From contig CAVUVW010000013.1 in the NCBI GenBank assembly GCA_963745035.1, positions 1,728,001 to 1,792,000 of the forward strand: a DNA stretch of 64,000 nucleotides, given 5' to 3'. The notes below the pieces were generated by a model. It worked only from the letters and a program-made list of their open reading frames with translations. It did no database searches and was not told the origin of the DNA. Shown piece by piece: positions 62,750-64,000 of this stretch. Numbering within the stretch: position 1 is the first letter of the stretch; each line of letters opens with the position of its first letter. The DNA comes from an uncultured delta proteobacterium. Its GTDB lineage: Bacteria > Desulfobacterota > Binatia > UBA9968. The position numbers were made by a program, and so were the translations under genes.

Positions 62750-63850
62750 TCAGGACAACCAAGGATTGAGTGAAACGTGAATGGCATTTTCGCCGGCGAC
62801 TTCCTGGCCGATCAGCCTGAGCGCATAGTCGGCGTCCTTGAGCGGCACCTCGTGGGTGGTGAGCTGCGCCGCCGCCTCGGGCCGGGCCGCGATGATACTC
62901 AGCGCCCGGCGGATGTCGTCGGACTCGTGGCCCCTGACGCCGATCATCGCGATGCCCCGGCTCGCGATCTTGTCCATCTCGAACTCGACGGTCTGATTGG
63001 GCGTCCGGCCGGCCAGCACCACCGTGCCGCCGCGCCGGACCAGATCGACCGTCGCCTCCTGCGCCTTGATGCTGCCGGTGACATCGACGACCACGTCCGC
63101 CAGCTCGGAACCGAGGATGCTTTTGACCTGTTCGACCAGCGGCGCTCTGTCGGAATAGACCACGTGGGTCGCGCCGAGCTCCTGGGCAACGGCTAACCTC
63201 GCCGCGTCGGTTTCCAGTCCGGCGACCACGATCGGCGCCGCGCCGGCGATGGCGGCGGAGAGGACACAGCCGAGGCCCTGCTGGCCTGGGCCGAGAATCA
63301 CGATGGAGTCGCCGGGGCTCAGCGCCGGCACCCGCTGGGCCCATTTGACGCCGTTGGAAACTGCGGTGTAGAGCACCGCCGCTGTCGGCGCCACCCCGGC
63401 GGGCACGGGGTGAAGAATCGAGTTGGGGTGGAGATACATGTACTGCGCGTAGCCGCCCCAGAGGTGCGGCGGATCGGCCATGCTCGCACTGATGCCGTAG
63501 CTCCGCTTGTTGGCGCAGAGCGTGGCGTTGCCGGTGACGCAATAGCGGCAGCGCTGGCAGGTCACCGGCGCTTCGACCGCCACCAGATCGCCCTCCTTGA
63601 GCTTCCACTCAGCGCTCGCTGCTTTGCCGATGGCGGCGATGCGGCCGACCACTTCGTGCCCCATGATGTGCGGCGGGTTCAAATAGGGCCAGTGATCGAG
63701 CTCCTTATAATAATGATAGTCGCTGCCGCAGATGCCGCAGGCTTCCACTTTCAGCACCGCATCGTCCGCGCCCGGATTGGGCACGGCGAACTCGCGCATC
63801 TCGAAGCGGCGCTTGTCGACGATCACGGCGGCCTGGGATTTCTTATCCAT
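62750..63850 (-). CDS. Zinc-dependent alcohol dehydrogenase (MDR family)
   Basis: CGICGSD, GHE, CxxCxxC...C, GPGQQG. Confidence 0.9.
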   Translation of the reverse strand: MDKKSQAAVIVDKRRFEMREFAVPNPGADDAVLKVEACGICGSDYHYYKELDHWPYLNPPHIMGHEVVGRIAAIGKAASAEWKLKEGDLVAVEAPVTCQRCRYCVTGNATLCANKRSYGISASMADPPHLWGGYAQYMYLHPNSILHPVPAGVAPTAAVLYTAVSNGVKWAQRVPALSPGDSIVILGPGQQGLGCVLSAAIAGAAPIVVAGLETDAARLAVAQELGATHVVYSDRAPLVEQVKSILGSELADVVVDVTGSIKAQEATVDLVRRGGTVVLAGRTPNQTVEFEMDKIASRGIAMIGVRGHESDDIRRALSIIAARPEAAAQLTTHEVPLKDADYALRLIGQEVAGENAIHVSLNPWLS

Positions 63851-63894
63851 CGGCGGGCTCCTCGCGGTGCGTGTAGTGTTCAATGCGACCGGTT

Positions 63895-64000
63895 TCAGTC
63901 GCGCCAGGGGTTGATCGCGACGTGGATCGCCTCCTCGCCCGGGATCTCCTGGCCGATCAGCCTGAGGGCGAGATCGGCTTCCTTGAGCGACACCTCGTGG
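63895..64000 (-). CDS. Second MDR dehydrogenase paralogue, C-terminus only
   Basis: HEVSLKEADLALRLIGQEIPGEEAIHVAINPWRD* matches the C-terminus of the neighbouring gene. Confidence 0.75.
   Translation of the reverse strand, partial: HEVSLKEADLALRLIGQEIPGEEAIHVAINPWRD

Noticed and set aside
62694-63608. 304-aa alternative-frame ORF and other long antisense ORFs (520, 5558, 7797, 8920, 42141, 48180)
   Set aside because: Shadow ORFs of well-supported GC-rich genes

Overview
Bacterial accessory region, about 55-60% GC by eye. The many orphan Bug/TctC, NMT1/SsuA and TAXI solute-binding paralogues suggest a Binatota/deltaproteobacterial-like host (inference only). 1-33 kb: transport and catabolic genes, TA pairs, an ECF sigma/anti-sigma/S8 protease unit and ftsH, separated by mosaic, strand-polarised short-repeat tracts (TTGAACG, TGTTGCC, CCTCACG). 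33-45 kb: a RAYT transposase and a decaying defence-like island (STAND-like ATPase-PRTase, IS3-split nuclease-like gene, helicase/methyltransferase deletion junction, radC). 45.7-61.7 kb: a dense, almost entirely minus-strand array of seven TA modules (one a duplicate) and five four-helix-bundle (IVS/Avd-like) genes. The array is punctuated by a palindrome with a 22-24 bp core (CGTTTCGAGAATTCTCGAAACG), a shared portable sigma70-like promoter, subfamily-specific inverted repeat flanks and orphan gene 3' ends. A group II intron sits in the last four-helix gene. This repeat-delimited array, with no integrase visible, is the best candidate for an undescribed system. Many single-base frameshifts, mostly in short base runs, suggest long-read errors, so pseudogene calls are tentative.
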